In this document: positions 53,425 through 62,540 of the stretch, piece after piece
How the letters are laid out: each line of letters starts with the position of its first letter
How positions within the stretch are numbered: the stretch's first letter is position 1
Origin: Alphaproteobacteria bacterium UBA1908
GTDB taxonomy: Bacteria; Pseudomonadota; Alphaproteobacteria; Caedimonadales; UBA1908
Length of the DNA: 64,000 nt
NCBI GenBank assembly: GCA_002337525.1
Contig: DDGG01000033.1
Coordinates: 30,221-94,220, forward strand
Reading direction: 5' to 3'
Translations under genes and position numbers: made by a program
Notes under the pieces: generated by a model
Seen by the model: only the letters and a program-made list of their open reading frames with translations
The model's database searches: none
What the model was told of the DNA's origin: nothing

Positions 53425-55059
53425 TTATAAACTTGGCCTCGTCCATAAAATATAAATAAGATTTCTAGGTATACTATAAAATTTATTTATCGAATTTTGT
53501 TCCATATAAGACAGAACGGATTCTTCATCCCAATCGTACATATAAGCCGTCTCGAGTGCACTTAAGACTCTTTTCAGTTTAAACCCGGTATAGGCAGTAC
53601 TTTGTACACCATGAGGTTTTTCAAATTTGATGGAAATTTTTTGAGTGCCTCTATGAAAAACAAGAGCATATTCACTTCCTTGAAGGGAGCTGATATTCCC
53701 TGAAAGAAACGTACATGCTTGCTTAAGAAGCGATTCTATGTGTTTTCTCTTTACAGAATTATAACGACCTAAGTCCTTAACCCTTTCCAAAGCTTCATGT
53801 CTTTGAAGCTCTTTTTCAGATACTCCTTGTCCTTCATCAGAGAGTGATTCTGTTGCCTCGGAATCTTCAGCAGTTTCTAACTTTAAAAATTCTCTTTTTT
53901 TGTATTCCTGCATTTTAGAAGGATCAGCCGTCCCTCTTTTCTTTTTTTTATCTCGTTTCGGTGTTTCCTGGAATACGGATTTTTTTTCTTCTTGAAAAAA
54001 AGAGTATTCCATGCTTGAAACAATGACTTCCTCCTCTTGTGGTAGAATCTTTTCTTCTAGCGGTCTTTCCTGGACAGAGGTTTGGGGCCCCATTTCATGC
54101 TGCACAAACGATTCACTCGAAACAGAAGCTCTTCCTTTAAAGATAGTCAGAGTATTTACAGCGACTTGATAAAAGTTTTTAATAATTTGGTTCTGTCCAT
54201 AAAATATAAAAGGATCAACCAAAAAATAACTTAATGGATTTCTTACCATCTCACTTTTGTAAATGGTCCCGTCATAGTTCAAAGTTACCTCTTGATAAAA
54301 AGAAGGATAATATTTTAGTATCTTTGACATAGTATAGATTAAACCCCACCCAGAGAATAACCCCATAAGAGGAGTATCTCCCTGTCGTATATCTGTTTGT
54401 TTTAAAGAACTATAAAGCTCTTTTGTACTATGAATAAAAGCCCATGCACTTAAAAATGTTATACCGCTATCAACTAATGGACAATAAGTAATATTTTCCG
54501 AACCTATTTGCAATTCTTCAACAGTTGGACTTAAAATATTAATTCCTGATAAAAACATACCATAAGAATTTTCCATATGAGATAAAAAAGCCACTCCTGT
54601 AAAAACAGTATTCGAAAGAGAGAGCACAATATTTGTCCCTTTATTCCAATAAAAATTATCTCTTTTTTTAATTCTTTTAGGCCGAAGATCTTCTGCAGAT
54701 TTTTTTTGTTTCCTGGTTAATATTTTGTGATTATCTTTTCTAAATAAGCCCTTTTTCCATTCATTATATCCCCATTGAAGGATATCATATGTACCAGCAA
54801 AAAGAAGGTTTGCTCCAACTGTTAACGATGTTTCAGAACTCAAAGAAAGCAGGATGCTGTGGATGCTGTCATCGTATTCTAATGAGTCATGACCCATATT
54901 TCCCAGGAAACATAAAGTGCTTCCTGTGACTATTTTTGCAATAGCTGTTCTGGCAGAAGGATTATAGTCTATGTTATCTTGCAAATCAGATGAGGATAAA
55001 AGGCCTTCTACTGAAAAGAACAAAAGAATAAAAAATAAAAAAGAAGAATAATTTTTCAC
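53425..55059 (-). CDS. Polytopic membrane protein (544 aa) with soluble basic/acidic linker and C-terminal globular domain, unknown function
   Basis: Signal/TM MKNYSSFLFFILLFFSVEG with several TM segments in the first ~330 aa. Then the KRDKKKKRGT cluster and a ~110-aa C-terminal domain (GSEYALVFHRGTQKISIKFEKPHG...). Confidence 0.6.
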   Translation of the reverse strand: MKNYSSFLFFILLFFSVEGLLSSSDLQDNIDYNPSARTAIAKIVTGSTLCFLGNMGHDSLEYDDSIHSILLSLSSETSLTVGANLLFAGTYDILQWGYNEWKKGLFRKDNHKILTRKQKKSAEDLRPKRIKKRDNFYWNKGTNIVLSLSNTVFTGVAFLSHMENSYGMFLSGINILSPTVEELQIGSENITYCPLVDSGITFLSAWAFIHSTKELYSSLKQTDIRQGDTPLMGLFSGWGLIYTMSKILKYYPSFYQEVTLNYDGTIYKSEMVRNPLSYFLVDPFIFYGQNQIIKNFYQVAVNTLTIFKGRASVSSESFVQHEMGPQTSVQERPLEEKILPQEEEVIVSSMEYSFFQEEKKSVFQETPKRDKKKKRGTADPSKMQEYKKREFLKLETAEDSEATESLSDEGQGVSEKELQRHEALERVKDLGRYNSVKRKHIESLLKQACTFLSGNISSLQGSEYALVFHRGTQKISIKFEKPHGVQSTAYTGFKLKRVLSALETAYMYDWDEESVLSYMEQNSINKFYSIPRNLIYILWTRPSL

Positions 55060-55297
55060 TGGTAAATCTATTTTTATAAAAAGAAGATAACTAATAAATC
55101 AAAGAACTCCATTTTGTCAAATTTTATTTGTATCAATTATCCCCAAATTGAGAATTCACTCCAGTATTTATAAAATTTAAAAATAGTTACAAAAACTCAA
55201 TCCCATAAAAAATCTTCCGTAACTTAAAAGGGAATATTTCACTTGCCAAACAGGATGAAACAGATACAATTTACAGAGTTTATGCTTTTAAAATTCA

Positions 55298-56638
55298 ATG
55301 AGCTGGCAAAAAACTCTTAAAGCTTACCGCGACCCCCCTGTGCTTAGGATACTCTTTCTGGGGTTTTCAAGTGGTTTACCCTTTCTTTTAACACTTGCAA
55401 CCCTTCATGTTTGGCTTTTGGAAGCGGGTCTTAGCAAGACAACAATTGGCATTTTTGCCGCCGTTACTCTTCCCTATTCCTTTAAGTTTTTATGGGCTCC
55501 AGTTGTTGATTCCTGGCGTTTGCCGTTTTTTTGCTCGCTTTTTGGCCAACGTAAGGGATGGATGATCTTCAGTCAGATTGCCTTGATGATTTCGCTGATT
55601 ATTTTGGGAAGATCGCGTCCCGAAATTTCTCCTTTTATAACCGCAGCCGCAGCATCAAATGTCGCTTTTTGGTCTGCAACCCAGGATATTGTGATTGAGG
55701 CTTTTCGAATTGAAGCTTTGAACCATGATCAGGCTGGCCTTGGCGCAGGCGCTTCATCAACCGGGTATAGGCTTGGGATGTGGATTTCTGGTGCGGGAGC
55801 TCTGTATCTTGCTTCAGCATTTAGCTGGTCTACGGTTTATTTAGTCATGGCCTTTTGTATGATTATAGGCTTGCTGACAACTCTTCTCAGCGACGAACCC
55901 GGAAGGACCAGTCTTTATAAAAGTAATTTTCAACATTCAAAGATTCATCCGCTGCCTCCTCCTTCAACAACAGCTTTCAGTGTCATTCTTCATAGATTAA
56001 AATCTCTTTTTGGCCCTTCTCTTAAAAGACTTTTTAAAACTGAAACTATTTTAGTAACGCTTCTATTTATCTTTCTTTTTAAAGTTGGAGACACTGTCCT
56101 GAATACCATGACGATGCCTTTTCTGCTGGAAACAGGCTTTAGCAAGATTGAAATTGCTCATGTTGCCAAGTCTTTTGGAATTGCAGCAGCTATGCTCGGA
56201 TCTCTGGTTGCAGGTGTTTTTCTTGTAAAGCGCCCATTAATTTATAACCTGATTTTATGTTGCTCTCTTCAAATTGTTGCAAGTCTTATGTTCATGATCC
56301 AGGCCCGACTCGGCCATCATCTGCCCTGGCTGTTTTTCAGTATGGGAGTTGAAAATTTTGCCTGTGGTATGGCCACAGCCTCCTATCTTGTTTTTGTCTC
56401 CTCTCGTTGCACAAGACCTTTTACCGGAACACACTTTGCCTTGTTATGCTCATTTGGTTCTTTCTGTCGTATTATGGTGTCATCTGTTGCAGGTTGGGCC
56501 GCTGATCAGTTGATTTGGCAGGATTTCTACTTTTTAACCGCTCTTTTGTGTTTGCCTGCCCTCCTTTTATTAGGAACTGTTCCAGGTGCCTTCCAAAATC
56601 CTCTACAAAAAGAAGATTCTGACCAGATCGCCGCTTGA
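55298..56638 (+). CDS. ampG: AmpG-family muropeptide/MFS permease
   Basis: YRDPPVLRILFLGFSSGLPFLLTLATLHVWLLEAGLSKTTIGIF...LPYSFKFLWAPVVD is the AmpG N-terminal signature. About 12-14 TM segments. Confidence 0.8.
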   Translation: MSWQKTLKAYRDPPVLRILFLGFSSGLPFLLTLATLHVWLLEAGLSKTTIGIFAAVTLPYSFKFLWAPVVDSWRLPFFCSLFGQRKGWMIFSQIALMISLIILGRSRPEISPFITAAAASNVAFWSATQDIVIEAFRIEALNHDQAGLGAGASSTGYRLGMWISGAGALYLASAFSWSTVYLVMAFCMIIGLLTTLLSDEPGRTSLYKSNFQHSKIHPLPPPSTTAFSVILHRLKSLFGPSLKRLFKTETILVTLLFIFLFKVGDTVLNTMTMPFLLETGFSKIEIAHVAKSFGIAAAMLGSLVAGVFLVKRPLIYNLILCCSLQIVASLMFMIQARLGHHLPWLFFSMGVENFACGMATASYLVFVSSRCTRPFTGTHFALLCSFGSFCRIMVSSVAGWAADQLIWQDFYFLTALLCLPALLLLGTVPGAFQNPLQKEDSDQIAA

Positions 56639-56669
56639 TAGAAAACACTTCCTCCTTCATACTGTTAGA

Positions 56670-57773
56670 ATGAAAAGTTTACAAGATTCCGTATTGATGT
56701 CAGAAATAATCGAGGAAGAAGGCAACAATCTTGTCCTGAGTTCTGTTTCAAATTCTATAGGACACATTACCCTTAATAGACCCTCTGCTCTCAATGCTCT
56801 GAACTTACCCATGATGCAGCGTTTACTTGACCTGATCACCACCTGGCAGAATTTCGAGGGTATTTCCTGTATTCTCATCAAAGGTAACAGCCCACGTGCG
56901 TTCTGCTCGGGAGGTGATTTAAGAAGCGTCTATGAAGCCTATCAATCAGGTAACATCGCTTTTCTCGAACGTCTTTTCAGGACCGAATATACTTATAATG
57001 CCCACCTCAAAGCCTTTACCAAACCCCATGTTGCCCTGATTCATGGTATTGTTATGGGAGGTGGTGTTGGCGCCTCTCTTCATGGCTCTCACAGGGTTAT
57101 GACTAACAGTACTATTTTTGCGATGCCGGAAACAGGCATTGGTTATTTCCCGGATATAGGGGGAACTTATTTTTTAACACGTTGCGCACCTGAAATAGGA
57201 CTTTATATAGGCCTGACAGGCGCTCGACTTTCCGGTTCAGATGCTTTGTATGCTGGTTTTGCAACACATTACTGTGATGAATCTGATTTTAACACCCTTG
57301 AAAATCATCTTGAGGTATCTGCTCCCTTATCACATCAAGAGGTTGATAGCCTCCTTCAGGATTTCAAGAAAACACCCCCTCCGTCTACTTTACAAAACAA
57401 TCAAGAGCTTTTAAAACGATGTTTTTTAAAGCCTACTCTCGAGGGTGTTTTTGAAGCTCTTTCCAAAGAAACAGACTCTTTTGCCAAAGAAACCCTTACA
57501 ATGCTGACTTCACGATCTCCACTGAGTCTGCAGATTACGTTTCATCAACTCACGACTGGCCAGAACCTTTCTTTTAACGATGTGATGAAGCGAGAATTTA
57601 TCATGAGCCAGAACTTGTTAAAAAAGAGCGATTTTATTGAAGGTATTCGTGCTGCTGTTATTGATAAAGACAGGTCACCCCGATGGTCCCACGACTCTTT
57701 TCAGGATTTAACACAAAAAGACATTCTTCCCTACTTTGAAAAGCCTCAAGACCTTACACCTCTTGATCTTTAG
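56670..57773 (+). CDS. Enoyl-CoA hydratase/isomerase superfamily, 3-hydroxyisobutyryl-CoA hydrolase-like
   Basis: GHITLNRPSALNAL, FCSGGDLR, GIVMGGGVG, MPETGIGYFPDIGGTYFL and a C-terminal ECH_2-like extension. ATG at 56670 (the ORF starts at 56586, inside ampG). Confidence 0.78.
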   Translation: MKSLQDSVLMSEIIEEEGNNLVLSSVSNSIGHITLNRPSALNALNLPMMQRLLDLITTWQNFEGISCILIKGNSPRAFCSGGDLRSVYEAYQSGNIAFLERLFRTEYTYNAHLKAFTKPHVALIHGIVMGGGVGASLHGSHRVMTNSTIFAMPETGIGYFPDIGGTYFLTRCAPEIGLYIGLTGARLSGSDALYAGFATHYCDESDFNTLENHLEVSAPLSHQEVDSLLQDFKKTPPPSTLQNNQELLKRCFLKPTLEGVFEALSKETDSFAKETLTMLTSRSPLSLQITFHQLTTGQNLSFNDVMKREFIMSQNLLKKSDFIEGIRAAVIDKDRSPRWSHDSFQDLTQKDILPYFEKPQDLTPLDL

Positions 57774-57783
57774 AGTGATAGAA

Positions 57784-58971
57784 TCAACCCCCATCAACAC
57801 CTGATAATCCTCCTTTGTGTGAGGACATTTGATCAGGAAGGGTAAACAACTCTTTAATATCTCTTTGGTGTTTCTGGCGATTTGTATGATAATAGCTTTT
57901 GCGTATTTTTAAAATTTCCTGATATGCCTCAATATATTGTTTTCCACAGGACGCAAAATTACAAAAAGCCTGAAGTCCAACAGGTTTATAAATTTTGGCG
58001 CGCCCCATAATAGGAGCCTTGGAAACCAAATCCTGATCTGTCACGACATGGACGACGGCACGCCGCTGTGCTGGCCTGAATTTGGGAGCAATTTCCTCAG
58101 GGAGCTCAGATGAAAAAGCGGCCTCATCAACGATTCGACCAAAACGCACCCCTCGCCCGGGAATATAAACAATAACAGGATCACCCAGCTTGTGAGAAAT
58201 AAAAGATTCTTCCATATAAACGTATAAATATCTGGGACCCGAAAAGATTCTCATAATCGGAGTCCCTTTTTTAATCACATTTCCCGTTGTTACTTCCAGC
58301 CCCCCAATGACTCCCTGACTTTCTGCCTTAACAAGGCCATCCTGAAACTGTTCTATCAGATAGTTAAGATTGGCAGATGCAATATGAAGCTGTTTTTTTA
58401 AATCGTTTAACAAGTAATTGAGGCCGCTTTTTTGAGCCTTTAAAGATTCCAGATCTCGAAGAGCATTAAACTGGCGCAACGCTTCTATACTGACCCTTGA
58501 GTTGGGAGCAAAACCTTTCTCGCGAAGAGCATCAACCTGTTGACGGATTTTTTCTGCAAGATCTTTATATTGCCTTGAGGCATCAATTGTTGTCTCCAGG
58601 CGTTTATCTTCCACCATAGACTCGGAAAATTTCTGCATTAAATTGACTTGCTTTAACAGTAGATCTACAAGATCGCTTCGGTACGCAACAGAGTCAAAAC
58701 GCAACAACTCCTGACCCGCTTTAACCGTATCTCCATTCTCAACAAAAAGCGCTTTAATAGAGGCATCATATTCAAGCTCAACAGCCCTGTTGGTCGCAAA
58801 AACAAAGCCATCCCCCTTTAAAAGATAAAAGTGAGAAAAAAGAATATGAAGAACCAAAAAAACAAGACCGAACACAATTGTTAAATAAACATATCGGCCA
58901 AAACGCAAGGAATAGGATCTTTGGTCTTGCTTCATCTTATAGGTTCTATTTGAAGGTTGAATCTGCTTCAT
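57784..58971 (-). CDS. HlyD-family periplasmic adaptor (membrane-fusion-like) protein
   Basis: N-terminal TM (YVYLTIVFGLVFLVLHILF), lipoyl-like hairpin (VENGDTVKAGQELLRF), long coiled coil and a beta-barrel half (GVIGGLEVTTGNVIKKGTPIMRI). The start abuts the GT2 stop with 0-nt spacing. Confidence 0.8.
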   Translation of the reverse strand: MKQIQPSNRTYKMKQDQRSYSLRFGRYVYLTIVFGLVFLVLHILFSHFYLLKGDGFVFATNRAVELEYDASIKALFVENGDTVKAGQELLRFDSVAYRSDLVDLLLKQVNLMQKFSESMVEDKRLETTIDASRQYKDLAEKIRQQVDALREKGFAPNSRVSIEALRQFNALRDLESLKAQKSGLNYLLNDLKKQLHIASANLNYLIEQFQDGLVKAESQGVIGGLEVTTGNVIKKGTPIMRIFSGPRYLYVYMEESFISHKLGDPVIVYIPGRGVRFGRIVDEAAFSSELPEEIAPKFRPAQRRAVVHVVTDQDLVSKAPIMGRAKIYKPVGLQAFCNFASCGKQYIEAYQEILKIRKSYYHTNRQKHQRDIKELFTLPDQMSSHKGGLSGVDGG

Positions 58972-60267
58972 TTAATAAACCTTCTGTTGAAGGCGTACTT
59001 TTTCAGGAACATAGTCATCCGTATAGGATCCACGAAACATCAATTCGTGCGAAATGGCAATAAGCCGGACAAACCTTAAAAAGTAAACATTATAAAAAGT
59101 ATACAAAGGAATATAATCCAGTAAAGAATAGTCACGATATATTTTTTTACTTATTGTATAGGATAACAGAATTTTTAATCCGTCCAACAAGATAAAAATT
59201 AAACTGACTGAAATAAGGATATAGACAGAAAAAAATCCAAAAACGATCATTTTTTCAATCAAAAATGCCACAAAAAGAAAAGGTTGAAGAGCTGTAAAAA
59301 TATAAATATCAAAAAAACCAATCGCAAGAGACATATTAAAATTTGCATTAAAGGGGTTTAGGACATGCCATCGGTATTTTCTAAAACGCAAGCGTATAAG
59401 AGAACGATTCCAGCGCAATCTTTGCTTAATAAGCTTGAGTTCTGTATCGGGTACATCTGTTTGAGCGACCGCATAGGGTGAAAAGCGCACTTTCCAGCCC
59501 CCAAGTCGCAAGCGTGTTGCAATATCGCCATCTTCCCCCGGGCCTAATTCCCACCCCCCTAAAGATTCTGTCGCGGCTTTACGATAAAACCCAAAAGCAC
59601 CGGACGCCACAAAATAAAGACCCAACATATCACTGACAATACGTCCAAGTGTGATAGATAAAAGATAGTTAATTTGCTGCACCCTGGCTGCCAGCGATGC
59701 CTTGTAATTTCTAACAGCCAGATTCCCTCCAACAGCACCAACACGGGGATCACAAAAATAGGCCGCCGCAATTTCAAAAGCATCTCGATCAAAAGAGGTG
59801 TCTGCATCGGTGACAACAAAAAAATCATATTTAACATAAGATAGAGCAAGGTTAACAGCAGAAGCTTTCCCCCCTCGGGCCTTTAAATGAATATAAGTAT
59901 CAATTTTCTTGGCACGCCGGAGGCGAAGACATTCATTGTGTGTGCCATCGGTTGATCCGTCATTGACAATAATAATCTGAATTTTTCGGACGGTTTGTTC
60001 ACGAAGCGAAATAATCATGGGTTCAAGAGAAGCTGCATCATTATGAGATGAAATCACAACACTAACGCCATTATGAAGAATTTCACGCCCTATATTGCGC
60101 AGATCTTCCGGGGTATATCGGGCACGTTTTGAAAAAAGAAGCATCATTAAAACCACAAGACCACCCAGAAAAAAACGGGGAACTTCAACGAAGACCAAAA
60201 TCCAGAAGGTCGACAGAAAAGATTCAATTCCCTGATTATTAAAAAAATCGAGAAGAGATTCAGTCAT
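58972..60267 (-). CDS. Processive family-2 glycosyltransferase (membrane-embedded beta-glycan synthase type)
   Basis: VSVVISSHND, IIVNDGSTDGT, TDADT, GPGEDGD and QRLRWNRS (QxxRW). One N-terminal and several C-terminal TM segments. ATG at 60267 overlaps the upstream stop (ATGA); the ORF extension to 60360 is rejected. Confidence 0.88.
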   Translation of the reverse strand: MTESLLDFFNNQGIESFLSTFWILVFVEVPRFFLGGLVVLMMLLFSKRARYTPEDLRNIGREILHNGVSVVISSHNDAASLEPMIISLREQTVRKIQIIIVNDGSTDGTHNECLRLRRAKKIDTYIHLKARGGKASAVNLALSYVKYDFFVVTDADTSFDRDAFEIAAAYFCDPRVGAVGGNLAVRNYKASLAARVQQINYLLSITLGRIVSDMLGLYFVASGAFGFYRKAATESLGGWELGPGEDGDIATRLRLGGWKVRFSPYAVAQTDVPDTELKLIKQRLRWNRSLIRLRFRKYRWHVLNPFNANFNMSLAIGFFDIYIFTALQPFLFVAFLIEKMIVFGFFSVYILISVSLIFILLDGLKILLSYTISKKIYRDYSLLDYIPLYTFYNVYFLRFVRLIAISHELMFRGSYTDDYVPEKVRLQQKVY

Positions 60268-61607
60268 GTCTCCTCCTGTCCCAAAAGCTTGGCAGGATGA
60301 ATGACCTTGATGTCCAGCTTCTGATAAATATCTTCGTGAAAAAGGGCTTTGAGCTGCCACTTAACCCGATCAATTAAAGACGCTTTATCTGCTTTTCCCG
60401 GACCAATCAAAAAGACAAACAGGTGTCCAAAATGAAGGCTAATGGCATCCTCTTTTCGAATACTACGCGATAGTCCCTGACCTATCTTTAAAAGAAGGTC
60501 AAGGTTATCATTAAGGCGCTCACTATCCGTTTCCTGAACTTGTTCCTTAAGACCAATTGTCACGACGAGAGACGCAATAAGATGTCGATCTTCCAAAAAT
60601 CTGAAGCGCTCCACAAGACGCAGGAATTCCGGATATGGAAGAATATCAGAATTTTTCAGGGCATCTGATGTCATTAAAAGGGAAATATCAGGGCTTAGGA
60701 CTGCCCGCGCCCCAGCCATTGAAAGCGAGTAAGCCTTTATAGATTGTTTTGGGGCATCAGAACTTTCAAAGAGATGATGGCAAGAAAGACATCGACCGAC
60801 CACTTGGCTGTCAGAGCTTTCATGAGAACATCTGGCACAGACAAAAACCTCGCCAGGTTTGTCATAATCAACCCCAAAATGCGTTAATTCCTGATGGCAA
60901 CGCGGACAAATGTACTCGCCTCTATGTCCTTGCTCGGTCATAAAGTGACGTTCTGCTGATTGAAATCCACATTTAAAATGATGCAGAATTGTTTCGCAAG
61001 AAATATGAGGACTGCCACATTCAAGACATCCATCTCTTAAAAGAAGATGAATGCTATGACAATTAGGACAATGGTGGGCACGTTCAATTGATGCCGATTT
61101 TAAAAATCCCGCATGTTCAAGATACCCCAAAAAACCTGTAATTTCCTGGTTCTTTGATTTAATATTCTCGCCATCTGTCTGATGATTTACTTGAAGCAAA
61201 ACTTCTATTAAAGGGTAAACATATCCCTTTGAAAGACTATGTGTGACAACTGGTATCGAGGTCCCCCCCCGTGTCCATAAGAAAGCCAGAATAGTGTGAA
61301 TCAAATCCTGTTTATAAGGAATTTTTTTTTGCTCCAACACATTAACTTTTCTAACCAAGGGCTCGATTTTTAACAGGATTTCTGGTAATTCTGATATTTT
61401 ACTGACACAATATTCTGCTTCTGGCATATCAGAAGAAGAATGAATAATTTGCGGGATCAAAGGAAATTTTAAAAGAAGCTCTAACTCTATATTATCTTTT
61501 ACAAAATAGGCATTTGCTTTTTCTTCATCCGAAGTCCATTGCCATCTTTCACCGAGGTTAATTTTTTCAGCATCCGATTGAAGAGCATAAAGAAAATATT
61601 TAATCAA
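60264..61607 (-). CDS. Multi-CxxC zinc-ribbon protein (TackOD1-like) with degenerate GGDEF-like C-terminal domain; putative regulator of the GT2 operon
   Basis: HHCPNCH, CLECGSPH, HHFKCG, CPRCH, CARCSH and CLSCHH within ~95 aa. C-terminal block RKEDAISLHFGHLFVFLIGPGKADKASLIDRVKWQL sits where GGDEF domains have R.GGDEF. The start is uncertain (TTG at 61607; first ATG is 60 codons in). Confidence 0.65.
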   Translation of the reverse strand: MIKYFLYALQSDAEKINLGERWQWTSDEEKANAYFVKDNIELELLLKFPLIPQIIHSSSDMPEAEYCVSKISELPEILLKIEPLVRKVNVLEQKKIPYKQDLIHTILAFLWTRGGTSIPVVTHSLSKGYVYPLIEVLLQVNHQTDGENIKSKNQEITGFLGYLEHAGFLKSASIERAHHCPNCHSIHLLLRDGCLECGSPHISCETILHHFKCGFQSAERHFMTEQGHRGEYICPRCHQELTHFGVDYDKPGEVFVCARCSHESSDSQVVGRCLSCHHLFESSDAPKQSIKAYSLSMAGARAVLSPDISLLMTSDALKNSDILPYPEFLRLVERFRFLEDRHLIASLVVTIGLKEQVQETDSERLNDNLDLLLKIGQGLSRSIRKEDAISLHFGHLFVFLIGPGKADKASLIDRVKWQLKALFHEDIYQKLDIKVIHPAKLLGQEET

Positions 61608-61712
61608 AAACTGTTTTCCCCATTTAAATAAAGTTGTTTTATTTTAAATAGAATTCTTTTAATTTTTGTTAAAAAAATCCTATTTCAATTATATTTTTCT
61701 AATAAGGCGTTC

Positions 61713-62531
61713 CTAATCCAGGAAAAAATCGGGGATTAAAGGACTTCCCGGCTGAACAGCATATTTGTCCAGGTCTGTTATGCCTTCTTCTTCCAACACC
61801 TCGTCATCGATAAAAAAGTTTCCTGTGCACACCGAACTGGACCTGTTAAAAATTGCATACGCCGCATCCGCCATAATATCAGGTTTACGTGATGCTTTCA
61901 TAAGAGCCTCACCTCCCAGCATATTGACTGCTGCAGTTGCAATCGTTGTTCGAGGCCAAAGGGCATTTACAGCAATTTTGTCACCTCTAAACTCTTCGGA
62001 CATTCCAAGGACACAGAAACTCATACCATACTTTGACATCGTATAGGCACAATGATCTTTAAACCACTTTGGAGATATATTGAGTGGAGGCGACAAAGAA
62101 AGGATATGAGGGTTTTTTGCTTTTTTAAGAAAAGGAATGCACGCACGTGACGTTGCAAAGGTCCCCCTCGCATTGATAGATTGCATCAAATCATAACGCT
62201 TCATTTCAGTACCCAGCGTCCCAGTGAGTTGGATAGCACTTGCATTGTTAACAAGAATATCAATCCCCCCGAAAGCCTCAACCGCCTTTTCAACAGCGTG
62301 CTGAATTTGATTTTCACAACGAATGTCCGTCACCAGAGGCAAGGCTTTACCTCCAGCTTCCTGAATTTCTTTGGCAACCGTGTGAATGGTCCCTTCCAAT
62401 TTAGGGTGGGGTTCTGCCGTTTTAGCTGCAATAATAATATTAGCACCATCCCTGGCACACTTCAGGGCAATCGCACGCCCAATACCCCGGCTTCCTCCTG
62501 TGATAAAAACTGTTTTTCCTTTAAGTGACAT
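61713..62531 (-). CDS. Short-chain dehydrogenase/reductase (HSDL2-like SDR)
   Basis: TGGSRGIG, NNAS and YTMSK (YxxxK). 272 aa. Confidence 0.85.
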   Translation of the reverse strand: MSLKGKTVFITGGSRGIGRAIALKCARDGANIIIAAKTAEPHPKLEGTIHTVAKEIQEAGGKALPLVTDIRCENQIQHAVEKAVEAFGGIDILVNNASAIQLTGTLGTEMKRYDLMQSINARGTFATSRACIPFLKKAKNPHILSLSPPLNISPKWFKDHCAYTMSKYGMSFCVLGMSEEFRGDKIAVNALWPRTTIATAAVNMLGGEALMKASRKPDIMADAAYAIFNRSSSVCTGNFFIDDEVLEEEGITDLDKYAVQPGSPLIPDFFLD

Positions 62532-62540
62532 GATTTTTCC

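Noticed and set aside
46765-55059. Calling the vgrG patch a horizontally acquired genomic island or mobile element
   Set aside because: There is no integrase, transposase, flanking tRNA or direct repeats. By eye the base composition is not distinct from the surrounding genes. It is accessory in content only.
60268-60360. 5' extension of the GT2 ORF overlapping the upstream gene by 97 nt
   Set aside because: The ATG at 60267 gives a canonical ATGA stop/start overlap and begins right before the first TM segment. The extension (MAAQSPFSRRYLSEAGHQGH...) is read from the other gene's coding region.
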